A DNA stretch of 51,876 nucleotides. It comes from Thelocarpon superellum. Lineage: Eukaryota. The notes beneath the pieces were generated by a model that was not told the DNA's origin, did no database searches, and worked only from the letters and a program-made list of their open reading frames with translations. How positions within the stretch are numbered: position 1 is the stretch's first letter; each line of letters begins with the position of its first letter. The stretch is taken from assembly GCA_026025795.1 (NCBI GenBank), contig JAPEUG010000085.1:1-51876 (forward strand), in the 5' to 3' direction. This document shows positions 11,079 to 23,401 of this stretch, in pieces. The position numbers and the translations under genes are program-made.

Positions 11079-12415
11079 GGAGCCGTGCGGTGTGGAGCCG
11101 TGGAGCTCTTCACTGCTTCGCCAGCTGATTGAGTTTGCTGGCGTCCGTAAGGGTACCCGTCTCCCCCAGACGCGGCTTCCTTCAGCTACCAATACGTTTC
11201 TCCGCTATCCAGCGGCGGTCCCGCTATCGCGTAGGGTACGCGGATGGACCAGACCAAGCGCGTGGCACATGTGAGCCGCCCGGACGATCGACGGGGCCGG
11301 TGCCGTCATCGTCCATTCAGCCCGCAGGCCACGGGCATCCGACCGTCGAGCCAAGACGCTTGCCAGCCTGGCCCTCAGAGTCGACTGCGAGAATCAAACC
11401 CGGTCTGACCGGCGCCAGCAAAGCAGGCGTCACTGCACACACCCCATCGCCCGCTGAAGCAGCCGAATGAAGACCCACACGGACGACCGCGAGCGGACGC
11501 CGTCGACCCCACGTTTCGGTACTACGTACTTTGATTGGCATGACGGCCGCCGTACGCCGCCAGGTACAAAATACGTCAGTGGCCAACTCGTACGGGGCGT
11601 GCAAAACTTCGAACCTTTTCCCCCTCGCATCCGTAAAGCGGCGACCGGCGCTCCCAGCTCCGACAGTGGGGGAGCACCCGCCGCCGCTGCAGCCGAGCTA
11701 CCCTGAGCTCCGACGCCCCGTTTCCAGTGATTATGATTTGCCCCGGTCAACTAAGTAGGGGTAGTAACCAGGTGACGAGAGGTACCTGTAGCCTACCATA
11801 ACGTCCTCGTTGCATACTCATTTCGGGACGGATGGACCCGAGATCTCGTAATGTTGGTTCACTGAAAATATCAATGTGAGCTCGGTCCATAGTGCTTGCA
11901 TTCAGCCACAGCAGGCTACCATCCCCGCCGGGTGAGGACGAGGTGAATGCCTGGTCATTTTGTCGACGCCGAGGCTTTGCATCCGGGTGGGTCCCACGGG
12001 GCCTGCTCTTGCCCGGCGTCCATGCGGTGCCATCTGCCGGCGGTTTTGCTAGCCTACCGCCGCCTCGTCTCCGTGCTGTGCTCCTGTACATGATCTGATG
12101 CCGTCGACGAGACAAACCCGCTGCATTTGCACGCGGGCCGCCGACACCCTCAAGCTCTTATTAAGGCCTGAGACCACAACGGACCTCGGCTGCGGTCGCA
12201 GTCGCAGTTGCAATTGCCGGGGCGACCTGACCCGAGCCTTGGGCGTACCGGACCGTGGCAATGACACGATCCACCGCTCACATACCCCACTGACGGAGGC
12301 AAGATGTGTCCAGGCCGGCCGTGGGGACGGATATCACCCATGAAGCGACATCCACGCCGGTGCCTAAACGACCCATGACCCGGCTTATGTACGGAAGCTG
12401 AAACACGCGACCAGG

Positions 12416-13481
12416 CTAACGTCTCCGTGCAGTGTAGTTGACGTTGGCTCGCGCACTGATGGCGAGCTTATGCACCCCCGTCCGCTTCTCCCACACCGCA
12501 CTCCGTCCCTCCATCACCGCCACCACCTCTTCCGCCACTCGCTGGGCGAACTGGCCCGGTCCGCTGCCCCGCGACGGCTTCTTCTCGACCGCGTCGAGGA
12601 TCCACATCATAGCCTTCCGCCGTCGTTGCCGAAGCCGCAGCGGCACCGGAATCTGGAGCGCCATCCCGCCGCCTGCCGCCCCCTTTTGCGTGCGGATTCG
12701 CATCAATGGCGCGACCGAGTCGATGGCCACGGTCAGATAGAGGACGGGGTCGAGCGGGAGATGTGATGGAGGCGGGGCCCCCGGGAGAAGAGGCCGGGCC
12801 GGACTGGGCGCCGGCGGCGAGACCGTCCGGAGGTGAGAGAGGATGCGTGACATGTTCTACGCCACATCAGATCAATCGAGCGCTTGATTCCGTAATCGAT
12901 GCATGGCCATCCCCACCGTTTGCGCCGCGCTGAGCTTTCCATCTCGCATCAAGAGATTCGTCACTTGCTGCACCACCGGATCGTAGCGATGTTTGAGATG
13001 TGCGTGGCGGGCTAGCGGGAGTTCTGGCATGCCAAACTTCAGGCCGGGAGTTCCGGTCAAAAGTTGAGCGTTCGTCGCCGAGGCTTTGGTTGGCGTAGAT
13101 GGTGAGATCTCTTCTTGGATGACCCGTGGAGCTTGCTCTTGCCCGTCCGGGTCTCGTTTCAAGATCTGCATCGAGAGTGAGCTCATGTCTGGCCACCGGG
13201 CACCCCGAGAACGCCGCAATGCTCACCTCTTGCACAGGCGTGCCCTGTCCCAGCTCGGGGCCGCCGTCGCCCGTGATCTCCGCCATCGTCGCCGCTTCCT
13301 CGCTCACATGCGGAAGGACATCTTGACTGGGGCCCTCCGGGGGCGACTGCGTCTTATCCGCCGCATCCGCAAACGCACGACTGGGTGGACCCCGTTGAGC
13401 AGCAACGAAGCCTGCTCGAGGTCTGGTCCAGCCAATTGACAGTGATCTGGTCCAGGGCAGGTGTGACTTTGGTAGAGCCAT
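12416..13481 (-). CDS. RSM7: Mitochondrial small-subunit ribosomal protein uS7m; exons 13481-13227, 13165-12917, 12856-12416
   Basis: Arg/Ser-rich presequence-like start; RYDPVVQQVTNLLMRDGKLSAAQ, AIDSVAPLMRIR..GAAGGG.ALQIPVPL.LRQRRR.A..WIL, HKLAISARANV are uS7 hallmarks; introns 13166-13226 and 12857-12916 (weak GTGGGG donor). Confidence 0.92.
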
Positions 13482-14975
13482 GGTGGTGATAGGGGGACTG
13501 TTGCCAGGTCGTGCCTTCGTGCGCTTGACACCAAATTTGAAGACTACGCGAGACTGTCTTTGCGGTCGCCCGAACGGTCCCATACCAAATCCGGAAACCG
13601 ACGAAATCGTCAACGGGTCTATTTTGTATCGTCCTTACGATGTACGCCCCTCATTCTTTTCCATCACGGAAACTGCTGCTGGAAACTGGCTGCATACCCC
13701 TGGCTAAAAGAATTGATCTACATGAAAAACAGGCCCTCGTTGTGGCTACCCCAGCCACTGCCCATTCACCACAAATAACAGGGCATTCTCCAGTTCATCT
13801 ACTCAAAGTATACAAACGCTCCCACCGGCTATACGTATACTCGCGTGCTGGATCTGACGATAACAAAACTAGGAGCCTGTGGGTGTAAAAACACATGGGC
13901 TCGAACGAATGTCCGATTCTAACATTCATAACCCTGTCCTGACTGCTGGCCGAACACATGGTTGCTCGGACTTCTAGAGATTGTCGTAAACTGTACTTGC
14001 TAGTTTGAAGAGGACTTCTTCATCTACCTAGCAAGGAGGATGGCGTATGTCCAGAGCCGGTGAGTGACTAGCAGTCGAGAATGTCAATTTCACGGCTGGA
14101 CACACTGATTCTCCCACACTGCCCTCGCCCTTAGTGATGAGGACGTGGAGACCAGCGATCCGAGCATTACTATCGCCCTGCAGGTCGAACAAGGATGAAC
14201 GATGACTCTCGCGGTCAGATGAAGGGGAGGTAAGCGATCACACCGGGCTCGATTTCACGCCTTGCCTACGCACCACCGGGTCCGAACGGCAGTCATCAGA
14301 TACAGTGTCAGGCGAATCGTACGACAGGGACGACAGATCAAGCGTAAGCTCGACCAGCAGTGACAGCGAAGTCCGGCTGGTCGACAAACGATCCATTCGC
14401 GTCCAATGGTGACTAGTAATTCGATGCGATCAAGGTATGACGAGGCGCGCCGGTCCATATCGGACGCACAGTGTTGAGGTCATCAAGATCGTCCGTCCAG
14501 TGCGCCGTGCTTGTGACGTGACGTGAGAAAGAGAACCCGGCAGGGCTGACGAGCGCAGGGGGGCAGCTTTGGTAGGTCCGAGAACAATGGAAGCGGGTTT
14601 GACGACGATGGGCAGCACGAAGCAGGTACGAGCAAGCAGAGGAAGATGGAATTAGCGATAGAAGATTGCGAAAGCGACCGTGATCCAAATGCCGTGTCCC
14701 CGCGTCGGGTTGTACCTTGATCCTGTGAGTCTGTCTAGGAACGCCCACATCGCTGAAGCCGTTCAAGCGCAGAGTCAAAGCTCAAGATTAACTCCGGCTC
14801 CAGACACATGATACAACGCAACAAGCGACTCCATTCATACACAGCTTGCAAGTCCTCAAACCCGTCCGTCGAGCGAGGCCACGGGGATGAACATGTCGTA
14901 ACCTCGCTCGCCAAGCCTTGCAATCCCGCACCGTCCAACGCCTTGGTACAGAAACCAATGAGGTGCTGGCTTGCC

Positions 14976-15412
14976 CTATGAGGTCATAGCATATCGGCGC
15001 CCGTTGGAACCAGGCGACGTGGGTTGCGAGACTCCTTGGAGCTGCTGCAACGCCACCTCGGCCGCATCCTCCTTGGCGTTATCGACGTATTGCCCGTCGT
15101 ACCAGTAGCGCGCCGAGACACTCTGGCCTTCGATGGTCACGGTGCTCGACCATGCCGTGCGGCCACCTGCAAACGCGGGGATTAGAAGTAGGTCGGCGGC
15201 CGGACCGGCCACGACTCACCCCTTCGATCGGAGACCATGTTGTACACCGGCAGGTGCATCTGAGATGCTCGGCAGTACTCTGAGACACGTCATCGGAATG
15301 GAAGGCGTGAAGAAGGGGCGGCGAGTCGGTGGTGCTGCTCACCTTCGAGCTTTTCAACCCACGTGTAGGCCCGAGCACCATACGCCGGTGACTGGGAGGT
15401 CGAGCTGGACAT
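14976..15412 (-). CDS. Small single double-stranded-RNA-binding-domain-like protein, ~106 aa; exons 15412-15343, 15279-15220, 15166-14976
   Basis: WVEKLEEYCRASQMHLPVYNMVSDRRGGRTAWSSTVTIEGQSVSARYWYDGQYVDNAKEDAAEVALQQL fits the alpha-beta-beta-beta-alpha dsRBD pattern (L.E.C...P.Y; AKE.AA..AL); two canonical introns give 321 nt; TATAAG-like box at 15519-15524. Confidence 0.8.
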
Positions 15413-15757
15413 GTTGCGGGGGTTTCTGGACCGCGAAAGCTCTCAGGCTGAGGGAGCTGAGCAGATGGCTTCTGGGAGAGGCGAGTTGCAGACGTCGGCG
15501 GCGAGAGGACACAAGGCTCTTATATGAACGGCGGGGCGACGTCGACACCGTGGTCTCAGCGAGGGCGCATGGTCACTGGAGCAGCAGGCAGGAGGAAAGC
15601 TGCAGTCGGGACGGCTTGTATGGACGTCGCCGGGTGATGCAGGACTGGCATGGCAGGAGACCAACGACGGGCCACTAGCTGAGAGCCAGCGTGTGCGTGA
15701 GACCGCGGGGGTTAGCTCCGCCAGCTCATGGCGCGGCGATTTGATGTCGGTCGGCTG

Positions 15758-15787
15758 GGGGCATGGGGCATGGGCATGGGGCATGGA
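15758..15787 (+). repeat. (GGGGCAT)-type tandem repeat, ~4 copies
   Basis: Read directly. Confidence 0.8.
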
Positions 15788-16040
15788 AGCAGGCAGAAAT
15801 AGATGAGCAAGTGATGAGAGCGAACGCGTGCACCCCCGAGAAGATGCGAAGCATGCAGTAGCATGGTCCCAGGAGACCCAAACAGACGCCGGGACTGGCA
15901 CTGGCGCCGCAAGACGTGACAACATGACGGGCCGAACAAGCGTTGTTCGTCACCACTCGTCGATCCGCAGGGCGTCGGGAGACGGGAACCAGGGAAAGAA
16001 AAGTCCGTGGATCGACCATCGAGCCGTTCCCTTAGCTGCC

Positions 16041-16089
16041 GCTGGTCGCTGGCCGCTGGCCGCTGGCCGCTGGCCGCTGGCCGCTGCCC
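16041..16089 (+). repeat. 7-mer tandem repeat (GCTGGCC)x7 (two imperfect)
   Basis: Read directly. Confidence 0.9.
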
Positions 16090-17072
16090 ACGGCCGTCGA
16101 CGGTCGAGGGTACTGTCGCTCACCGGCCGCCGACGTCAAGCCTTGGGGGGATCGGGCGAGCACGGACGCCATCCACGAATCCAGGCCGGCAGTACGCGCG
16201 CAGAGACCCGCCCCCCCCGTCATTCTCTGTCCACTTAGAGGTGAACGCGCGCATTAGGCCGCGGGGGTGGGCGTTGGGCTTGTCATATAGTCCTTGTGCA
16301 GCGCACCTCGCGTGCGCCAATCTACTCTCCCGCCAGTCCGGGGGAGTTGGGATTGGTGGGGACGGGGAGGCGATCCCCCGCGGAATGGCCCCGGCGCGCT
16401 GGCGATGCGAGCGTCAGCGGGAGACCCGCATGAGCCTGCTAGGGTAGGCGCTGCGCTCTTCCCAAGGTCGATGGGAGCTGCACGAGTGCCTCGACCTACT
16501 GGCCCGGGGGGAGGCGTGGGCGCTGTGCTATCTAGCCGAGGCAGCCAGCCTGGGATGGTACGGGCCATCGCGCCTCACCCTGCGGATCATCCTTCGCCTC
16601 CATGTCGTCTCGGCGTCGGCGGATCCACTCGATCCCGGCCAGCCACGGCCGCCCTGCTCGTCTTTCGACGTTGCTTTGCCGACTGTTTTCGTGCCGGCCG
16701 TGCGTGTGGCTCGGTTCCAATCTGGCTTGCGTCGACCCGGCGCTTGGACGTTTGGACACTTGGACGCTCATAGGGCGGTGGGTAGTCGCAGGACGCCGGG
16801 TTACGGTTCTTGGCCCGGAGCGGAGAGATGCTTCTCCCACGTCATCCGATCTCTCTCGGAGACTCCCCTCCGCGTACGTGGACCATCCTCTCGGGCCTCT
16901 TGCGGAAGGGTTCTCGGTCTCACGGCGCACCAAGGCATCAGCTCTCCTCCCGACCACCCTCGTCCCGTCGGTTGGGCATGACTGCAGCGTGGTGTCATCT
17001 ACCCTATCCGCCGGACGCGGGGCCTTGGCCATGAACCACTTGCGTTGAGCGACCGGAGGTGACCATCACACT

Positions 17073-17176
17073 CTTCACCTCTTCACCCCTTCACCCTTTC
17101 ACCCCTTCACCCTTTCACCCCTTCACCCCTTCACCCTTTCACCCCTTCACTCCTTCACCCTTTCACCCATTCACCC
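17073..17176 (+). repeat. 8-mer minisatellite (YTTCACCC)x13
   Basis: 13 contiguous units of CTTCACCC/TTTCACCC with three single-base variants. Confidence 0.95.
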
Positions 17177-18465
17177 ACATCACATTGGGGGCCCCGCTGG
17201 TGATATGCCCTGCAAGCACTGCGTACCGGATTGGTCCAAGGCTCGCTGACCCCACCGGCCGATGAACGAGGCTCGTCTACGTACCATACATACTCAGTAA
17301 GACTAGGTTAGGACCCTTGACAGGCCGTGGAAGCTACAGCACGACCACATCCCGGCTCGTTTTTGGGAGACCCACTGTTTGTCGCCATTTTCAATGCGGG
17401 AAAGCAGCCAATTCCGCCATGCAGTCAAGCGTCGGATAGTATCCTAGTATCCGCCCCTTCGCACGTGTCGTGATTGGAGAAGGCGTGGGGCGGACACGAG
17501 AGAAGTCGCGAATGCTCCCTTCCCAAGTCGAGGCCGCTCGTGCCCGGGTTGGACATGCCTTGCGTGATGCCAGCAGGAGCGCAACTAACACACCTTTCCC
17601 AATCACGTCTTGGGTCGAGGGACGCTTGATGACTCATTTCTACAAAAGCCAACCACGGTAATCCGGGCCCCGCAATCGGGTCATCCCGGCGTGTGCTTGT
17701 TCGACCTCGTCCAATCCAAAAACGCCGCCAGCCTTTCCTTGGTGCCCTCCATTTACCTAGTCAGTGCCGTAGTTACGATAATCTCTCTGCAGCTTGCCCG
17801 AGGTGCAGATACAGCGTAACGTGAATCATGCCTTCACGGGCCATGAGACCTCGAGCGGTGCTCCATTGGTCGACGACGAATCTGCTCCCTCACCCGGGGA
17901 CACCTCAACCCTTGGTGACGTCATCCTTCCAGCTGCTCCTACTAGGAGCCTGTCCAGTAGTGCTGGACAGCGGGGATCAAAGCACGTGACAGCGCTGACG
18001 GACGCCGTTCGGAAGTACCCCACGCTCGATTGATCCATGGGGCAGAATAGGGTGACATACTGCCAGGAAATGCATGTAGGAATGGCATCATATATGCCAC
18101 TGGGTATCCGCACGGGGCACCCCGGCACAGATGGTTCTTAGCTCCCTGCTATTCTATCTGTCCAGACGCCTACGCGCCATGGCGTCCTTCATTGTCCGCC
18201 GAGCAATCACAAGCGAGGTCGATCACCCTAGATTAGTCACGCATCTCGAGAGCGTGAGGTCGAGCTTCGAAAAGCCTTGGGCGGGTTCGGGACAGTCAGT
18301 TAGAACAGACCAGAAGCTCGTAGTGGGCGGCCTGGCACGACGAGCGAGCCTCCTCGTAAACATCGCCACCTACCACTTGCCACGCTTTGCGGAACCTGGT
18401 CGCCAAATCCCCACCTCTCCACATCTCGGATCCATGACGTGCTCGTCTGATCCACGCCGAACACC

Positions 18466-21400
18466 ATGTTCCAGTCCTTCTCCGGCAATTCTCGGCGCCC
18501 GCGGCAGATCAATCTGTCCGGAAGGCATTCGCTCGGATCGTCTACTGCATCGCGTCAGCCTGCGGCAGCCAAGGCCCCGAATACCCTGGCCACGGCACAG
18601 CAGGAGCGTCTCTTACGACAGCAAGACCGGAACCGCTTGAACGCCACCCGAACAATCCAGCGAGTGTGGCGGGGTCACACAAGCCGAAGGAGGACGAGGT
18701 CGGAATGGAGGCGCCAGTGGGATCAGCTGGACATGGATGCCGCCGCGTCGGTGTACGGATCGAAAGGAAACGCGGGGCTGGGAGACGCCGGCCCGACGTC
18801 TGACCAGATGCCTCCCTACCCCTCGCTCGATGAGTGTCTTCAACAACTTCGCCTCCTGCTACAATTTGTGGATGTCAGGGTGGAGAAGGACCGGTTACGC
18901 CTTGCTCGATATGCAGCTCGTCTTCAGAAGACGACGATGCCGGCTCCCTCGCCGATAGGGAACGACGAATGGATGTGGCCCCTGCTACGGCTCGGCCAGG
19001 TCTCGCTAGCGTCACTGCTCGCTCCTCGACGAGGTCGAGATATCGTGCCCGACCAGCTGGTGTTCCTCATCTTCCTCACCAAAGTCGCGCCACGGATCAT
19101 TCCTCCGATCGCGTCGCTGTATTACCTCGCGCTGTCTCATCTCATCGGGGACGGCTATGTCGACCGTACGAATGACGAGACCAAGGCCCTTTTCATCGCC
19201 TTCGCCTCCGCTCCTCTTCAAACACGCAGCCCTGATCTGTCACGCGTGTATGAGAGCTGTGCTTCCAATCTTCTGACCACGCCGGACTTAGAGTCTCACC
19301 TTGGGACTTTGCACCCGCTTTACTCGGCGCTCGAGCTCTCCGAGCTTGCTGCTGTCCTGGCGACCCTCTTGGGGACGGCGCAGTCTAGGGGCAACATACT
19401 TTCACTAGCTCCGGAGGCAAGATTATGGCTCCTCGCACATTTCATCGCCTTACATCAGATCGCCGACGACGTCCAGAAGGCGGCAGACCGGAAAGCAAAG
19501 CCACACTATGTGGCCGTCGTCTCCGTACTGTTGGGCTCGCTTGCCGACGAAGTCAGTCAGCGAATTGATGTCCAAGATGCGCCAATGCACCCGCCGTCAA
19601 CTATGTTCGATGATGTTGATGATGACGAGAACCCTCACCCTCACCCTTACGCCACCAGCCGCGCCGCGGTCCGGCCCCTCCCCCCATTCGTCCGTCAGCG
19701 GATTCTCGCGCTCGTCAATCAGCAGAGTATCACCAGCCTTCTGGCACAGACGGACGCGCTCGCTCCCGCCGACGGGGTGGTGTCTCAGCGAACGACCGAT
19801 GCACGCTTATTGGCCAATTACGCACTATCTTTATTACGCATCTTCCCTCGTCGGGCAGACGAGATCCGCATGTGGCTCTATCTGGGATCGACCTCGGCGC
19901 CCACTCCACCATCTGACCGGCCGTCGACCCGCCTGCCCGCCATCAAATACTTCTGGAAGGCCTCCAAAGCCACCAGGGTCTTCACGAGCATCAGCCAGGA
20001 TTCGCGGATGGCCATCGAGCTGCTCAAGTCGAACGCTCACCCCGAGAGAGGGCATAACAATAGGATTCAGGGCGGTGGCGTCTGGCTTGAAGAGACGGAT
20101 GAGCAGTGGCGGATCATCCTCATCTTTTTCGAGCTCTACACCTTCGTGCTCAAGGTCATGGACGACGACGAATTCTTCTCCGCTCGCTCAAGTATCATGG
20201 ATGCGAGCTCAGTCTCTAACTCCTGGACGCGGGCAAGCGCATTACCGTTGGAAGAAGTCAAAGATCTGACGACCTTCCTCAAAAACCTAGCCTTCACCAT
20301 GTACTGGAACGCATCGGACCTCGGCGGGCGAGTCGATTCGGACGGCCACGAAGGCTTTCAGAGCTACTTCAGCACCTCCGGGTCCCCCGCTCCAGCCGTT
20401 GATCGACCGATGGACACCGACCGAGGCGAGACAAGAACGGCCGTCGCGGGCATGACGGGGATGACGATCGACTACGTCAAGGGGATCGTGACGGGGCTGC
20501 TGCGGATGATCTACGAACGAGACTCTCGGCGGCCCTTTCTGCCCAAGGACCATTGGCTCATGACGGAGCGGTTCGACATGCAGGGCTTCATCCCGGATGT
20601 CGTCGCCGAAGAAGAGAACCGACATCGCGTGCAAGAGGCGGACGACGAGGATGGTGAGGCAGACGATGACCCCCCCGATGAGGAGGCAACGCCGTCTCGC
20701 GGCATCATCGGCAACCAGCACGTCCAACGTACGCGGGCCATCGAGCTGCTGAAGCGACGGCAGCGGCGAGCATCGCGCAAGAAATACCTGGAAGCGGTCA
20801 CACCCCGCCTCGAGATCCTGCAGAACATGCCGTTCTTCATCCCCTTTACCACCCGAGTGCAGATCTTCCGCGCCTTCGTGATTTTAGACCAGCGGCGACG
20901 GCGCGGCGGGCACGTGGACCCAGACCAATGGCGCATGTCAATCATGCAGAGTGCCATGTTCTCCCGCACGGGCGACAGCCCATCGCCGGCGGAAGACCTC
21001 ATCAGTAAGCATCACGCGAAAATTCGACGACAAAGCGTCTTCGAAGATGCCTACGAGCAATTCTACGAGCTGGGCGACGGCTTGAAGGAACCCATTCAGA
21101 TCACGTTTGTGGACAAGTTCGACACCGTGGAGGCGGGCATCGACGGCGGCGGCGTCACCAAGGAGTTCCTCACGAGCGTGACGAATGAGGCGTTCGGGGC
21201 GTCGAATGGGCTCGATCTCTTCGTGGAAAACGAACAGCACCTCTTGTATCCGAATCCCTCCGCGGTGGACGAGCGAAAGGACATCCTCCGACAGGCCGGG
21301 CTCCCGGAGGGATCGCCCGAGTGGAACGAGCAGATTCGCGATCTCCTGCGACGTTACGAGTTCCTCGGCCGCGTCATCGGCAAGTGCCTTTACGAAGGCA

Positions 21401-22315
21401 TCCTGGTGGACGTCGGCTTCGCCGGTTTCTTTCTCCTCAAATGGGCGCTGACGGGCGGGATGCGCTCGGCGGCCAAGGAGTCAGGATATCGAGCTAATCT
21501 GAATGATCTCCGCGATCTGGACGAGGGGCTGTATCAGGGCCTGGTGAGCAGCGCTTCAGCTCCCCTTCTCACGCTCCCGCCTCCGAGCATGATCGGTGGC
21601 TGACACGCGGTGGGCATAGCTACAACTCAAAAACTATCCGGGCAACGTCGAGGATTTTTCGCTCAACTTCACCGTGACCGATACCCTCACGGCGTCGCGA
21701 TCGCCGCCGTCGACGCTTGTGGCGGCGCCCATGCGGACGATCACGCGTGAGCTGAAGCCCAACGGGTCGAACATGCCGGTGACGAACGAGAATCGGCTGG
21801 TGTACATCTCGTACATTGCACGGCATCGGCTCCAGACGCAGCCGCTGCTACAGACGACCGCCTTCCTCCGCGGGCTCGGGGACATCATCCAGCCCTCGTG
21901 GCTGTCCATGTTCAACCAGGCTGAGTTGCAGACGCTTGTGGGAGGGGATTCGTCGGAGATCGACGTACCGGATCTGCGGCGCAACACGCTCTACGGAGGC
22001 GTGTACGCGATCGGGGACGATCAACAGGAGCATCCGTCAGTGCGGCTGTTCTGGGAGGTGATGAAGGCACTCTCGGACGTGGAGCGACGCAAGGTGCTCA
22101 AGTTCGTCACGTCGACGCCACGGGCGCCGCTGCTGGGCTTTGGCCAGCTCAACCCGCGTTTCAGCATCCGCGACGCGGGGCGAGAGCAGGACCGGCTGCC
22201 GAGCACCAGCACGTGCGTCAACTTGCTCAAGCTGCCGCAGTACGCGGACGCTGATGTGCTACGGGAGAAACTACTCTATGCCATCAACTCCGGGGCTGGC
22301 TTCGATCTGAGCTGA
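18466..22315 (+). CDS. HUL5: IQ- and HECT-domain E3 ubiquitin ligase (Hul5/UBE3B/UBE3C-like), ~1257 aa; exons 18466-21543, 21620-22315
   Basis: N-terminal MFQSFSGNSRRPRQINLSG and IQ motif IQRVWRG; ILQNMPFFIPFTTRVQIFR, EAGIDGGGVTKEFL, LLYPNP, catalytic RLPSTSTCVNLLKLP, C-terminal GAGFDLS*; intron 21544-21619. Confidence 0.93.
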
Positions 22316-23401
22316 TGTCCTTCCTGTCCGGGGCGCTGCGCACCGCCGCCCCTCGGGACCGAAGCGGCGGGCGGACGGACGAAGGGACGAGTAGACGCGA
22401 GGGGGTATCGGCTGCAGGGCGCGGACGTCTGATTGGGATGGATAGACGTAGACGTAGGGTATCATAGATTAGATCAGATCAGCTCACCCTCACACCGGCA
22501 CAGCACCCCGCACCTGCTGCAGTCACACCATACCCACGGTGACGGTGTTACTGCGGCCTCCGTGAGAGGCATCTTGTCACGTGCGTTCGCCTCCAGCTTC
22601 CTCCGCCCTGAGTCCCTCGCTTACCGTCGAGTGATGAAGGGCGGTACCAACGCCTGCTGGGAAGCTGCGGGAAAATGTGGCCACCGAGTGTTGTATGTTA
22701 CGTGTAGTTCCGCCGTGGCTAGTGGACAGACCGCAGGTCGGGCGGCGTGGCCGCTTAGCCACTGGTTCGCTGCTAAGCCCTTCCTGGTCTGGATTCACAA
22801 AATTTCCCTTTCAGGCGCAAGGGTCGTGTCGCGGCCGTGGTTCCGTTGTGCCGTTGTTCCATCGTCCATCGCACTCACCTTTGTTGAGGAGCGACAGCAA
22901 CACCCTCCCTCGTCCTCTTCCCTCTGCTCGCCGGTGACGCGACTCGGACTTTTGGCGCGTCTATTTTCTTGCTGTCGAGCCCCCTCCCCCACCAGAAAAC
23001 CCTCGTAACTCGCTACCAAAAAAAGTTGAAAATCCCCCAATTGGCCTGAGCCCATCGTTCATCTACAGTACATTCACCCGCCCGCCTCAAATCTCACGTC
23101 TCAATTTCTCAGGCCCTCACAACGCGCCCGTGCTTCCTCGGACTCGACCACTTGACGCTCCACCCGGCCCGGCCCTCGATCTGCGCCCTCGGTCCACGCC
23201 ACCATCCTCGTCTCGTGGCTGCCCTTCCGTGCCAGCGGCTTTGACATCGACCTGCCATCTGGCCGTAGGTCGCCCGCCACGATCCTCGACTGCACCTCCT
23301 CTGCGAGCGTCTTGATCACGGTGTGTGCATCCCGTTCCCCACCTTCACACCCTGTTGCTAGTCCCCTCTCTCACGCCTCCTCCACAGCGTTTTCCGCCAT
23401 C

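Noticed and set aside
13929..13935. TAACCCT just after a hairpin, resembling a telomerase RNA template with boundary element
   Set aside because: Only 7 nt match; a TTAGGG template needs ~1.5 repeats (e.g. TAACCCTAA) and no pseudoknot could be identified by eye.
17073..17176. Interstitial telomere linked to the STN1 gene
   Set aside because: Unit is not TTAGGG and the 13-kb proximity to STN1 has no supporting evidence.
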